From: a virus
Length of the DNA: 64,000 nucleotides
Direction: 5' to 3' (one strand)
IMG/VR virus record: IMGVR_UViG_3300028364_000018
Coordinates: 32,001-96,000 of that record
The notes below the pieces were generated by a model. The model saw only the letters and a program-made list of their open reading frames with translations, searched no databases and was not told where the DNA came from. Positions 8,896 through 17,797 of this stretch are shown in pieces; the stretch's first letter is position 1; the number at the start of each line of letters is the position of its first letter. The position numbers were made by a program, and so were the translations under genes.

Positions 8896-9153
8896 ATGGT
8901 AGCAGTAAAAGACGGGATATGTACTGGACGTAACGGTACGGTAGAGATTAAGGGCGTGCAGGTAAGTAGCTTTGCTAACACCATCCGGCTTGACTACGTA
9001 AGCCGGGCCAGAGGTACGGTGCTCAACGCCGGCTTCAGCATGGATCTGGAAGAGGCGAAGGCCGTAGCGGAGGAGATCATCAGGCGGGTGTTAGATCAGG
9101 AATTTGAGAAGAGTTTCCCAACAACCCCAAAACTGGGCGTAACCTATGATTAA
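8896..9153 (+). CDS. hypothetical protein
   Basis: ATG at 8896 after AAGGAG. Confidence 0.6.
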   Translation: MVAVKDGICTGRNGTVEIKGVQVSSFANTIRLDYVSRARGTVLNAGFSMDLEEAKAVAEEIIRRVLDQEFEKSFPTTPKLGVTYD

Positions 9154-9334
9154 AAAGGGTACGCGCCTGTACTTCCGACCGGAGTTCTGCGACGGACGCG
9201 AGAATGACTACCCCCACCACGCGGTGGACGACGAGTATGCAGGTCGTGTACTCGTCGCATCGGAGTTACCAGGTTGGAGCTTCAGACCAACAGAGGTTGT
9301 AAAGACCTTGATGCTAACAAAGGAGAAACCATGA
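9146..9334 (+). CDS. small hypothetical protein
   Basis: 62 aa, coupled overlaps. Confidence 0.5.
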   Translation: MIKKGTRLYFRPEFCDGRENDYPHHAVDDEYAGRVLVASELPGWSFRPTEVVKTLMLTKEKP

Positions 9335-9546
9335 GTTTTACACTGAAGTTACTAGAAAAAAAGGATGGTTGGATTGAACCAGACACGAGACACGAGATGG
9401 GTGGAACGGATTCAGAGCAGTTCCACGCGTTCTTACACCTTACCAGAGGCGCATACATCATCGCACCACTAGACTTAGATGAGTTGGACTTCCTGGCACG
9501 ACTGCACGGATGGAACGTAACACTTGAGGCATCGTCAGATGAATAA
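9331..9546 (+). CDS. small hypothetical protein
   Basis: ATG at 9331 after AAGGAG. Confidence 0.55.
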   Translation: MSFTLKLLEKKDGWIEPDTRHEMGGTDSEQFHAFLHLTRGAYIIAPLDLDELDFLARLHGWNVTLEASSDE

Positions 9547-9937
9547 AACACTATATATTCTCAGAGGAATCCCCGGTAGTGGGAAGTCAAGTCTGGCGCA
9601 ACTGCTGGTGGATGGACCCCTGCATGTGGTGGAAGCTGATGATTACTTCACAGACCCCCAGACAGGCAAGTACCACTTCCAAGGGCGTCTAATAGGGGAG
9701 GCGCACAAGTACTGCCAGGAGAGGGTAGCCCGACTACTGTCTAACGGAGTAGAGCGGGTAGTGGTGTCGAACACCAGCCTACGACCGCAAGATGTAAGGC
9801 TCTACACCAAGATGGCGGAAGACGCGGGCTACACCCCGTTCGTTATTAGGTGTGAGAATGACTTTGGTAACATCCATGGTGTCCCAGAGGAAAAGATGGA
9901 GATGTTTCGGGAGTACGCCAGATGCGCATCTCGTTAG
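9539..9937 (+). CDS. AAA_33-type P-loop kinase (polynucleotide-kinase-like)
   Basis: LRGIPGSGKSS Walker A, EADDYF, VVVSNT and HGVPEE. Confidence 0.85.
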   Translation: MNKTLYILRGIPGSGKSSLAQLLVDGPLHVVEADDYFTDPQTGKYHFQGRLIGEAHKYCQERVARLLSNGVERVVVSNTSLRPQDVRLYTKMAEDAGYTPFVIRCENDFGNIHGVPEEKMEMFREYARCASR

Positions 9938-10215
9938 ATTATGATGGGACGTTCACGGAAGATCCGGATCTCTGGCTTTCTTTCGTAAGGCAGGCCAAGC
10001 TATCTGGACACACAGTGTACTGCATCACAATACGGACACCTGAAGAAGGAAAGGAAGTACGACATCACCTTCTCAACGCGGTGGATGAGATCTACTTCAC
10101 AAGCAGGCAGGGTAAGATGAGTTACTGTGCGGAGAACTATATTAAGGTGGATGTTTGGATTGACGACCAGCCGTATTTTATTACAGGCAACGCGCTGGAT
10201 ATAACAAAGGAGTAG
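9922..10215 (+). CDS. HAD-superfamily phosphatase
   Basis: LDYDGT motif I, ITIR, GK and WIDDQP. Confidence 0.8.
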   Translation: MRISLDYDGTFTEDPDLWLSFVRQAKLSGHTVYCITIRTPEEGKEVRHHLLNAVDEIYFTSRQGKMSYCAENYIKVDVWIDDQPYFITGNALDITKE

Positions 10216-10218
10216 TGT

Positions 10219-11025
10219 ATGAAAGATGATTTTGGAGATCGTATGAAAGGTTATGAGCGCTTAAGTGAGCCCTGTTTGATGCCGTTGCTGCCAACCTTCG
10301 CGCGCATAGACGGGCGGGCGTTTCATACCTTTACACAGGGGTTGCAACGTCCCTACGACGAGCGGTTGTCACAGGCCATGGTGGAGACCACAAAACTTCT
10401 GGCAGAAGAGACGGGGGCGTGCATGGCCTACACCCAGTCGGATGAGATTACGCTGGTTTGGTACACAACCAATCCCAAAATACAGATATGGTTTGGTGGT
10501 AAATACTCTAAGATCGTATCGCAGGTAGCGGCGCTGACCACTCTCTACTTTTACCGGGAGTGTTGCCAGCACCTACCCCAATACAACCAGAGACTGCCCT
10601 CATTTGATGCGCGCGTATGGCAGGTTCCTAACTTAGTGGAGGCCTCTAATGTGTTTCTATGGCGTGAGCAGGACGCAACACGCAACAGTATCCAGATGGC
10701 TGCCCAAGCGGTTTACTCACACAAGCAACTGCACGGAAAGAACACAAGTGAACAGCAGCAGATGTTGTTTGAGTCTGGTATCAACTGGAATGACTACCCT
10801 GCTTTTTTCAAACGGGGCACCTACGTGCAGCGTCAGAAGACGTTTAGGACTTTTTCATGTAATGAACTAGAGAGGCTCCCATCGAAGCATGCGGCGCGCA
10901 CCAACCCAGGGTTACAGGTAGAGCGTCAGGAGTATCACGAACTGAGTCTCCCACCGATGGGGTCAATACAGAATAAGGTTGGTGTTATCTTTGAGGGTCA
11001 GACGCCTAGTAATGAGAATTTATAG
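10219..11025 (+). CDS. thg1: tRNA(His) guanylyltransferase, Thg1-like protein
   Basis: RIDGRAFHTFT, YTQSDEITL, FDARV, WREQDATRNS, INWNDYP and FKRG. Confidence 0.92.
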   Translation: MKDDFGDRMKGYERLSEPCLMPLLPTFARIDGRAFHTFTQGLQRPYDERLSQAMVETTKLLAEETGACMAYTQSDEITLVWYTTNPKIQIWFGGKYSKIVSQVAALTTLYFYRECCQHLPQYNQRLPSFDARVWQVPNLVEASNVFLWREQDATRNSIQMAAQAVYSHKQLHGKNTSEQQQMLFESGINWNDYPAFFKRGTYVQRQKTFRTFSCNELERLPSKHAARTNPGLQVERQEYHELSLPPMGSIQNKVGVIFEGQTPSNENL

Positions 11026-11308
11026 TAGTAAACCCAACTTACGTGGCAGACCGCAGCATCTGATAATGCTGGATGATCAGAGTTTTGTGACATCAACGAA
11101 CCCGAGGAAAAAGATGAGTATATTAAACAGACTGAGAATGTGGTGGACCAACTTTGGTACAACCGACGAGGCGCAGCGCGAGGTTCTGATCAGCACCCAG
11201 ACCAACCCTATTGAGGATCGTCTAAATGGAGGTGCTTTATGAGCATGAGCGATTGTGGTAGATGCTGGAGCGCCCCCGAGAAGCACCAAGCTAAATTAAA
11301 GGAAGAAT

Positions 11309-11533
11309 ATGAATCCCATATCCACGTCTGATGATAATATGTTTGTCCCAGACCACACGTTTCACGACTGGGGGATAGATATGTCGGGCCTGCTACGAGC
11401 CACTCTTATAGACGAGCTGTTCAATAACCAGCGAGAAACTAACCAGGGTCGGAAGCAGGTTAAGCGTGTGAGGCAAAATAAGAGGCGACGTAAAACCACT
11501 AAGCGTTCAAGAAAATTGAACAGAGGTAAATGA
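11309..11533 (+). CDS. small protein with a basic tail
   Basis: 74 aa, AAGGA SD. Confidence 0.55.
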   Translation: MNPISTSDDNMFVPDHTFHDWGIDMSGLLRATLIDELFNNQRETNQGRKQVKRVRQNKRRRKTTKRSRKLNRGK

Positions 11534-11715
11534 TGAACGGCGCAGCACAGCACTTAAAGTCCGGCAGTCCGGCAGTCCCAACCCCCGGTTCCATACCTAA
11601 GGCCGGGATGACACGACTACTACCAGAGGGTACCACGGGCCTATTTGTAGCAATGGAGATGGACCCCGAACAATCATTAAAAAGAATCAAGGAACTGTAT
11701 GAAAAAATCAAGTAA
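11530..11715 (+). CDS. small hypothetical protein
   Basis: 61 aa, GAGGT SD. Confidence 0.45.
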   Translation: MMNGAAQHLKSGSPAVPTPGSIPKAGMTRLLPEGTTGLFVAMEMDPEQSLKRIKELYEKIK

Positions 11716-11917
11716 TTTTATGAGATTCGCAGAGGTCATGGTCGACAGCATCCCCCCACCTTGGGTCATCCACCAGATCAATGCGCACGACCCAGCGCAA
11801 GACATTGAGATCATACTGCGACACCCGACAACAGGGGTGGTCGACAGCGCGCTGTACTTCGACCGTCAGGAACAGACCGTTAGAGGTCCTTGCTACTGGT
11901 CGGAGGTGCAGATATAA
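11699..11917 (+). CDS. small hypothetical protein
   Basis: 72 aa, coupled to the next ORF. Confidence 0.45.
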   Translation: MKKSSNFMRFAEVMVDSIPPPWVIHQINAHDPAQDIEIILRHPTTGVVDSALYFDRQEQTVRGPCYWSEVQI

Positions 11918-12171
11918 TGAGGCTATTTAAAAGAAAATGTAAGTGCGAGACGTGTCAACGCGGGTGGGGATATCTGAATCAGGCTAAGCAAGACCACCTG
12001 CGGCTAAGGTGGGCACCCGAATTCAAGTACTGCCCTTGGTGCGGGGGTCGTGTACCAATTGAGGCCTCCCCCCAGAAAGAAAATGAAGAGGTCATGCTCC
12101 GGGCGTTAATGGAAATCATGTTCCCCACCAGAAGGAAGCAGGTAATATGCAAAATAAGGAAATTGATATGA
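11917..12171 (+). CDS. small zinc-ribbon protein
   Basis: CETC and CPWC; GGAGGT SD before ATG 11917. Confidence 0.55.
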   Translation: MRLFKRKCKCETCQRGWGYLNQAKQDHLRLRWAPEFKYCPWCGGRVPIEASPQKENEEVMLRALMEIMFPTRRKQVICKIRKLI

Positions 12172-12413
12172 GTAAGAACAACGTAGAGTTTCTAACGGAA
12201 ATAATGGAGTGCAGCAAGCATGGGGCGTTGATGCAGGCGTTTGTGTTGGACGCCCTAGATCATTGGTGTAATCACCTCCTTAAGGATGAGGAGCAGACGC
12301 TCCAGGCGTTGGAGAGCTCGATGGTGAGTGGTCCAGCTTGGTTGGGCTGTGCTCGGGAATTGAAAGATAAGTTGGATAAACGATATGAAATACCAAAGGA
12401 GGCTTTAGATTAA
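12168..12413 (+). CDS. small hypothetical protein
   Basis: NVEFLTEIME...HGALMQAFV; AAGGA SD. Confidence 0.6.
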   Translation: MSKNNVEFLTEIMECSKHGALMQAFVLDALDHWCNHLLKDEEQTLQALESSMVSGPAWLGCARELKDKLDKRYEIPKEALD

Positions 12414-12574
12414 TGGATAAATTACAGAAGAAGATAGAAGAGAAGCAGGTCGTGATTATGGAGTTGGAGCAAAAATTACTGGTTCAACGGATGCTGTTGC
12501 AGGAGTTGATCAAAAAGTCAGATAAACTCCATTATCAAGAACAACATCGGATGATGGATGTGGTGGTTCCATGA
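12413..12574 (+). CDS. small coiled-coil protein
   Basis: Hand-translated MDKLQKKIEEKQ... (53 aa); overlaps at both ends. Confidence 0.45.
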   Translation: MDKLQKKIEEKQVVIMELEQKLLVQRMLLQELIKKSDKLHYQEQHRMMDVVVP

Positions 12575-12903
12575 GTGGTAAATACTTAGGGGAGGTAGTG
12601 CCGGATATCAAAGACACAACATTCGCGGACTATAAACCCTCCGACTGGGCGCTATACTTGATAGCAAGCTACGGTCAAATAGACGGTGGACACCACAAGC
12701 AATGGGTCCTAGATCAAGTAGCAAGGGTCCTACACGGGACCCCGGTGATAGTTAAGTTGGCCAGATGGGAGGATGAGCAGGAATGGCGCGTGAACCTCGA
12801 TGAGCCATCTGATGATTATAAAGATTGGGTGGAAGAGCTTAAAGAGTGGGATGAGCAAAGCGACGAGTACATATACAGTTACGATACTGGCATTGCACCC
12901 TGA
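12571..12903 (+). CDS. conserved-looking phage hypothetical protein
   Basis: YGQIDGGHHKQWVLDQVAR and C-terminal YDTGIAP. Confidence 0.7.
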   Translation: MSGKYLGEVVPDIKDTTFADYKPSDWALYLIASYGQIDGGHHKQWVLDQVARVLHGTPVIVKLARWEDEQEWRVNLDEPSDDYKDWVEELKEWDEQSDEYIYSYDTGIAP

Positions 12904-13163
12904 ATAACGGCGATTTTCATGAAGCTAGGTGAATATTCAAACGGTTCATACTCAATCAGCTCGGGTACTGGAAGCAATTAAATATTAATCATTGGGACCG
13001 CCTGAAGCATGAAGCTATAAAGCGGAACCTAGTCATCGAGAGAGTTACCTACCCCAAAGGGAACTATACTTACGAGCTGATCCCGGTAACACCAGATTCT
13101 GAACAGTAAACCTCAGTGGTTTATTATACATAGGGAGTTTATCAACATAAGTAGGAGTAGGTT

Positions 13164-13391
13164 ATGAAAGCAGACGAACACTGGGATTTAGAATCCCAAC
13201 CAGTGGGTACAGCGGTAGAGGCCAACCAGGACACACCCCAAGGACGGTTGACATCCTACCATTTCAAGGCGCCAACGATCTCGGGAATGAACAGCAAGGG
13301 TTGGGGTATCCTCGAGACGCTTTTAAACTACCGCGTGCTACACCAACTTCAGGTGTACCGAAAGATCGACGAGCAGGTGGAAAATGAGTGA
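13164..13391 (+). CDS. hypothetical protein
   Basis: 75 aa, AGGAG SD. Confidence 0.5.
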   Translation: MKADEHWDLESQPVGTAVEANQDTPQGRLTSYHFKAPTISGMNSKGWGILETLLNYRVLHQLQVYRKIDEQVENE

Positions 13392-13671
13392 GCTACGGGC
13401 TAAACGCCTTGCGAAGATTCGGGATGGTGGTAAATGTCTAATGTGTTACCGAGGTGGTGTATGGTCCTTGCATGGGCATCATGTCTATCCGAAGTCGCTG
13501 TACCCCGAGAGGGTGGCGGACATAAACAACATAGCGACACTCTGTCTACATTGCCATTTGGGTATCGTACATTCGGGGCGCATACCGGATGGCGGCGACC
13601 CCGAAGGTAATTGGCGGTTGTGGTGCTTCTGGCTGAAATGGCGCATCCGGATGGAAGATGGCAACTCTTGA
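13384..13671 (+). CDS. HNH endonuclease
   Basis: CLMC...HGHHVYPKS...NNIATLCLHCH. Confidence 0.85.
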   Translation: MSELRAKRLAKIRDGGKCLMCYRGGVWSLHGHHVYPKSLYPERVADINNIATLCLHCHLGIVHSGRIPDGGDPEGNWRLWCFWLKWRIRMEDGNS

Positions 13672-13719
13672 GCGCCGGAGCGGGGCGTCTGATTAGATTG
13701 ATTAAACCAAAGGAAGAAT

Positions 13720-13941
13720 ATGAGCACACAAAAAATACAACGGTATGTGAAGATCACAAACATGATTGCGGGGATGGAACGCCTACGTACGTCCGTCGCG
13801 TTGGAGTTGCTAGAGACCAAGGTAAAGGTTGGTAGTTCGCCTGGCGTGGTTGTTAGCGTTTGTAGGCATGGTTCGGTTGTGCGGTTTACCGATGGTAGCC
13901 AGCGCGTGGTTGACTACCGCGAGCTGAAGGCCTGTCGGTGA
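13720..13941 (+). CDS. small hypothetical protein
   Basis: 73 aa, AAGGA SD. Confidence 0.5.
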   Translation: MSTQKIQRYVKITNMIAGMERLRTSVALELLETKVKVGSSPGVVVSVCRHGSVVRFTDGSQRVVDYRELKACR

Positions 13942-14076
13942 ACGGTAAGATCAAGGGCCTGACATTACAAGAAGTTGCGGAGTTCCTCAAGGAGTTCACA
14001 GGCGCCGCAGCGACTTTCGAGGTTCACCGCATGGGGGACGAGACATTTACAATTGAATTCACAGGAGGGTTCTGAA

Positions 14077-14283
14077 ATGAGAGAACCACTAATTCCAAAC
14101 TTTGGCGAAGAACCGGGGGAGCTGGTTGTGGAGTACCACCCGCCTTACAAACCACCGATCCTCTCCTTCAGACGACCACTCGGTGCGGGCTATAAAGACG
14201 GGGAGGTATTCGAGGATACAGCTGGCACCCAGTACGTGAAACACGGACGAACTATACATAAACTTAAGAAGGAGAGCTCATGA
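14077..14283 (+). CDS. small hypothetical protein
   Basis: ATG at 14077 after GGAGG. Confidence 0.5.
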   Translation: MREPLIPNFGEEPGELVVEYHPPYKPPILSFRRPLGAGYKDGEVFEDTAGTQYVKHGRTIHKLKKESS

Positions 14284-15131
14284 CAAGTAGACAGAACATA
14301 GGCGACCGGAACACAGGCAACCTGAACACAGGCAACCGGAACACAGGCAACCAGAACACAGGCAACCGGAACACAGGCCACCGGAACACAGGCGACTGGA
14401 ACACAGGCCACTGGAACACAGGCAACTGGAACACAGGCGACCGGAACACAGGCCACTGGAACACAGGCGACCTGAACACAGGCAACCGGAACACAGGCCA
14501 CTGGAACACAAGCAACCAGAACACAGGCAACCTGAACACAGGCAACCGGAACACAGGCGACCGGAACACAGGCAACTGGAACACAGGCAACCAGAACACG
14601 GGCAACCAGAACACAGGCAACCGGAACACAGGCGACCGGAACACAGGCAACTGGAACACAGGCAACCAGAACACAGGCAACTGGAACACAGGCAACCACA
14701 GTTCAAGTACTCTATCGACTATCAACGGCCTGGGTTACGCTATATTCAACACACCTTTAGAGTATGGAGACTTGGATAGTAGCGTATTCCCCTCGTGGAT
14801 GTATTTCTCATTAACCGAATGGGTTGATGAAGATCGTATGACAGAACAAGAGAAAATCGACAATCCCAGTTTTCATACAACAGAAGGGTTTCTGCGTCAA
14901 CATGATTACAAAGAAGCGTTTCGGTCGTCATTTAACGGGGCCACAGAAGACGAAAAAAGAGCGGTTATGGATCTCCCTCACTGGGACAATGAGATCTTCA
15001 AAGAGATAAGCGGTATTGACGTAGAGGGGTACTTCAAAAAATCAATGACCAGAAAAATAAAAATAGGGGGTATTGATTACGATGCTGAGGAGGTTGAAGA
15101 AAAATTAAAAGACCTTAAACCAATTAGATAG
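14280..15131 (+). CDS. NTGxx pentapeptide-repeat protein
   Basis: About 27 NTG[DNH][RWQL] repeats followed by FP.WM...HTTEGFL...YKEAF...LPHWD.EIF.EISGI. Confidence 0.85.
   Translation: MTSRQNIGDRNTGNLNTGNRNTGNQNTGNRNTGHRNTGDWNTGHWNTGNWNTGDRNTGHWNTGDLNTGNRNTGHWNTSNQNTGNLNTGNRNTGDRNTGNWNTGNQNTGNQNTGNRNTGDRNTGNWNTGNQNTGNWNTGNHSSSTLSTINGLGYAIFNTPLEYGDLDSSVFPSWMYFSLTEWVDEDRMTEQEKIDNPSFHTTEGFLRQHDYKEAFRSSFNGATEDEKRAVMDLPHWDNEIFKEISGIDVEGYFKKSMTRKIKIGGIDYDAEEVEEKLKDLKPIR
14299..14700 (+). repeat. 15-bp coding tandem repeat
   Basis: Units such as AACACAGGCAACCGG repeated back to back. Confidence 0.95.
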
Positions 15132-15177
15132 CCGTATGTGGCTTGTGAAGTACGGATAAACTTAATAAGGATAAATC

Positions 15178-15555
15178 ATGAATAACATAAAGTTTGAAGT
15201 CGGTAAGTATTACAAAACAGAGAATGGTAACGTCTTTCTGGTGGGGCGGTTCGGGACTCAAAAGATTGCGACATGGATGCATACGGGTGCGTGTATGGAG
15301 TTGAAGTGTCGGCTGGGAGGAGGCGGGGTTCGCGAATGCGATGCGGATGGTAACCTCATCTTACCGAAACCCGCCCACGGTCAAATGTGGCGGGACGCAG
15401 ACGGCGAGCTCCTTACTCTGGTAGAGTACGAAGATCCGGATGGTGACATCTGCTGGTTGATGGTGGACAATGCCTTTACGGTGGTCTACAGTTGCGTCAA
15501 ACAAGATTGGGAAGGTCATATCCCGTTCCACCAGATGGAGCTGATTCGTGAATAA
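15178..15555 (+). CDS. hypothetical protein
   Basis: 125 aa, AAGGA SD. Confidence 0.6.
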   Translation: MNNIKFEVGKYYKTENGNVFLVGRFGTQKIATWMHTGACMELKCRLGGGGVRECDADGNLILPKPAHGQMWRDADGELLTLVEYEDPDGDICWLMVDNAFTVVYSCVKQDWEGHIPFHQMELIRE

Positions 15556-15708
15556 GTACACTGTATGCCTGTTCGCCTGGGCTCTTGACGATGGGTTTCT
15601 GTGTGAATGGGCGAGTTATTGTCGTACCCGAGGCAAACACCGCGTTCTCCAAGCACGACATCAACACCATGATTGAGTTATTGATGCAACATAATGCAGC
15701 TTAACACC

Positions 15709-15750
15709 AAAGGACAAACTGGGCTTGCGAGCCCGGTTTGTCCTTTTCTT
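15709..15750. terminator. probably bidirectional intrinsic terminator
   Basis: AAAGGACAAACTGGGCT-TGCG-AGCCCGGTTTGTCCTTT between convergent genes. Confidence 0.75.
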
Positions 15751-15791
15751 TACATATCAGGTGTTGCAATAGCTCCCAATCCAATAGTATT

Positions 15792-16844
15792 CTATTGAAC
15801 CGAGTATAAAGCAGGAGGGCTATAAACTCCCCTGTTGCGAATGTTGATGGCTGCGTTTAAATCCGCATCCATACGATTATCACAAGCAGTACAAGCAAAG
15901 GCTTTCCCCTTACGGGAGGCCCGGTCTTGTACGCCGCACGCACTACAGGTCTGAGAAGTATAAGCCGGGTTGACCTTCGTAAAGGTCAACCCAGCTTCTT
16001 CACAAACAGATGCTAGCTTGCCCAAAACCTTTGGGTACGACCAGCGCTGTAGTTTGTTATTAAATTTCTTACTCATCTGCCCTCTGGATTTGTGCTTGAC
16101 CGACTTCAGGTCTTCAACCACAACCTCCCGTACCCCCGCCAAGTCCAACTTATTCACCACCCGGTTAATCAGGTTATCCCTCTCTGTCAGCGCCCGCTTG
16201 AAGGCCTGGGAGCCTTGTTTCTTACGTGCGATCTTTTCGTATTGAGCTTCAAGTTCCTGCCCATGCTCCACTCCTTCGGAGTCTGCGAGCAGCGTCTTGT
16301 AACCGCAATCATAACCAACGGACTTACCTTTCTTGACAGGAAGGGGCTCTACCTTCTCAGCATAAAGGTCCAAGTAATACCTATCCCCGGCCTTGCGTAG
16401 CCGGGAGCTCTGCTTGATTAAAAACCCTTTGTCCAGCAGGTCGAGCATATGACGATGCTTACGGCTAGGAAGATTTAGTATAATCTTAGATCCAAGACAG
16501 GAGAGTCTAAACCACACATCATATGAGTTTTGATCAAGTTTTATGTCTAAGAACCTAGCATCTAAGTTTATGGTCTTGCGTGTTAAGGTCGGTTTAGACT
16601 TCTTGCGCTTCTTACGTTGCGACTTAACGATCTCCAACGCTTGCTTACCCAGAGCCTGCTGTAATCGCGCGGATAACCATGTTGGGACTTTATAAGTAAC
16701 GAACTTGGAAGAAAAGTCCCGCTCATCCCACAACCTGTCAATAAACAGATTCACAACTTTAACCGACTCTTCCAGCACCCGGTCAAGCTCCAGTAGCTTT
16801 CCATGGTTGGAGTCTGCCAGATTAAATTGTATACGTCTAATCAT
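15792..16844 (-). CDS. tnpB: IS607 TnpB RNA-guided endonuclease
   Basis: GYDCG, VVEDL, AYTSQTCSAC, CTAC and DADLNAA; RuvC D-E-D triad intact. Confidence 0.9.
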   Translation of the reverse strand: MIRRIQFNLADSNHGKLLELDRVLEESVKVVNLFIDRLWDERDFSSKFVTYKVPTWLSARLQQALGKQALEIVKSQRKKRKKSKPTLTRKTINLDARFLDIKLDQNSYDVWFRLSCLGSKIILNLPSRKHRHMLDLLDKGFLIKQSSRLRKAGDRYYLDLYAEKVEPLPVKKGKSVGYDCGYKTLLADSEGVEHGQELEAQYEKIARKKQGSQAFKRALTERDNLINRVVNKLDLAGVREVVVEDLKSVKHKSRGQMSKKFNNKLQRWSYPKVLGKLASVCEEAGLTFTKVNPAYTSQTCSACGVQDRASRKGKAFACTACDNRMDADLNAAINIRNRGVYSPPALYSVQ

Positions 16845-17406
16845 TACTAAGCTCTTTTATTAATTTTTCCGTTTTTCGCTTAGTTCTTCTAAGTCCGTAA
16901 AGTCTGGCACAAAAAGAGGTGACTAAAGACACAAAGTCTTGCATCAGATCTTGCTTGTCGTCCTCTACCTTATTGACCACCACCAATTCTGCATTACGCT
17001 CATCCATCAATACTTCAAGATACTTAAACCCGAACCTTGTTAGCCTGTCTTTATGCTCTACAATGATGCGCGTGTAAGTCGGATCTTTTAATAACCGCAG
17101 TAACTTAGGTCTTGCATCATTTAACCCGGAGCCCACCTCTTTTACTACAGCATCAACACCCCAACCTCTCGCGTTAGCGTATGCGACGAGTCTGCTGGCC
17201 TGCCCTTCTAAGTTAGATTCGTTCTGCGAGGAGCTAACTCTAGTGTAAATAGCAGTTTTTTCCGGGCGTTGTGGTGCATCCTCCGGTATAAGAATCTTAC
17301 CTAGGTCATCCTTAAACGCGCCGGGTATTTTGCCAAGGTTAAACCTGTTCCACGCAGCTCGGTACTGTATACCGTGCTGTTTTGCATATTTACTTAGTGT
17401 CAACAT
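16837..17406 (-). CDS. tnpA: IS607 serine-recombinase transposase
   Basis: N-terminal HTH, IYTRVSS, EVGSGLN and HKDRLTRFGF. Confidence 0.92.
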   Translation of the reverse strand: MLTLSKYAKQHGIQYRAAWNRFNLGKIPGAFKDDLGKILIPEDAPQRPEKTAIYTRVSSSQNESNLEGQASRLVAYANARGWGVDAVVKEVGSGLNDARPKLLRLLKDPTYTRIIVEHKDRLTRFGFKYLEVLMDERNAELVVVNKVEDDKQDLMQDFVSLVTSFCARLYGLRRTKRKTEKLIKELSND

Positions 17407-17412
17407 ACTACC

Positions 17413-17440
17413 ACGATAGTCTATTATTTACTATTGTCAA
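17413..17440 (-). promoter_or_regulatory. promoter for a leaderless tnpA transcript
   Basis: Minus strand TTGACA-N16-TATCGT, then 6 nt, then ATG. Confidence 0.6.
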
Positions 17441-17574
17441 GGGTAAATAAAGAGATACGCAGAAACACCTGTTATGCTCCTTCCATGAATCGCACATGCC
17501 CTACATTACATCTCTATTGCCTACCCCCACCCGGAGTCGGTTGATACTGCTGTAGACACGTGCTGTCCTGTATC

Positions 17575-17605
17575 ACCCGATCTCCCAACAGAGGTCGGGT
17601 TTTTT
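17575..17605 (+). terminator. intrinsic terminator
   Basis: ACCCGATCTC-CCAACA-GAGGTCGGGT followed by a T run. Confidence 0.7.
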
Positions 17606-17622
17606 GTTCTTTAAATTTTAAA

Positions 17623-17700
17623 CTCTCTAAGGGCCATTTGGTAGGCCACTCCGTTTGGGGCGGAGAAATCGTACAGGTTCGACTCCTGTTAGAGAGACCA
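17623..17700 (+). tRNA. tRNA-Pro(UGG)
   Basis: Acceptor CTCTCTA/TAGAGAG, anticodon arm CTCCG-TTTGGGG-CGGAG, TTCGA T-loop and CCA. Confidence 0.9.
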
Positions 17701-17706
17701 TTTTAC

Positions 17707-17795
17707 AGGAGTTGTCCCTGTCGTCGGTCTGTAAAACCGAAGTCTTTAAACCGACAGGAACTTGACGAGTGGCGGGATACCACCAACTCCTACCA
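17707..17795 (+). ncRNA. atypical tRNA-Tyr(GUA)-like RNA without a D-arm
   Basis: 8-bp acceptor stem plus A-CCA; TCGGT-CTGTAAA-ACCGA arm; 4-bp T-like stem; extra helix CCTGTCG/CGACAGG. Confidence 0.6.
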
Positions 17796-17797
17796 AT

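Larger units (their letters stand above)
15760..17445 (-). mobile_element. IS607-family element (ends approximate)
   Basis: Coupled serine-recombinase tnpA and tnpB; the only intact minus-strand genes found. Confidence 0.85.

Noticed and set aside
12900-13107. Possible ORF with an in-frame TGA (readthrough or selenocysteine)
   Set aside because: No proper start codon and no recognisable domain; more likely a decayed gene.
14190-14725. Three long antisense ORFs (VACVP, LPVFR and CLCSG repeats)
   Set aside because: Shadows of the stop-free 15-bp repeat; the + strand NTG frame has an SD and a folded C-terminal domain.
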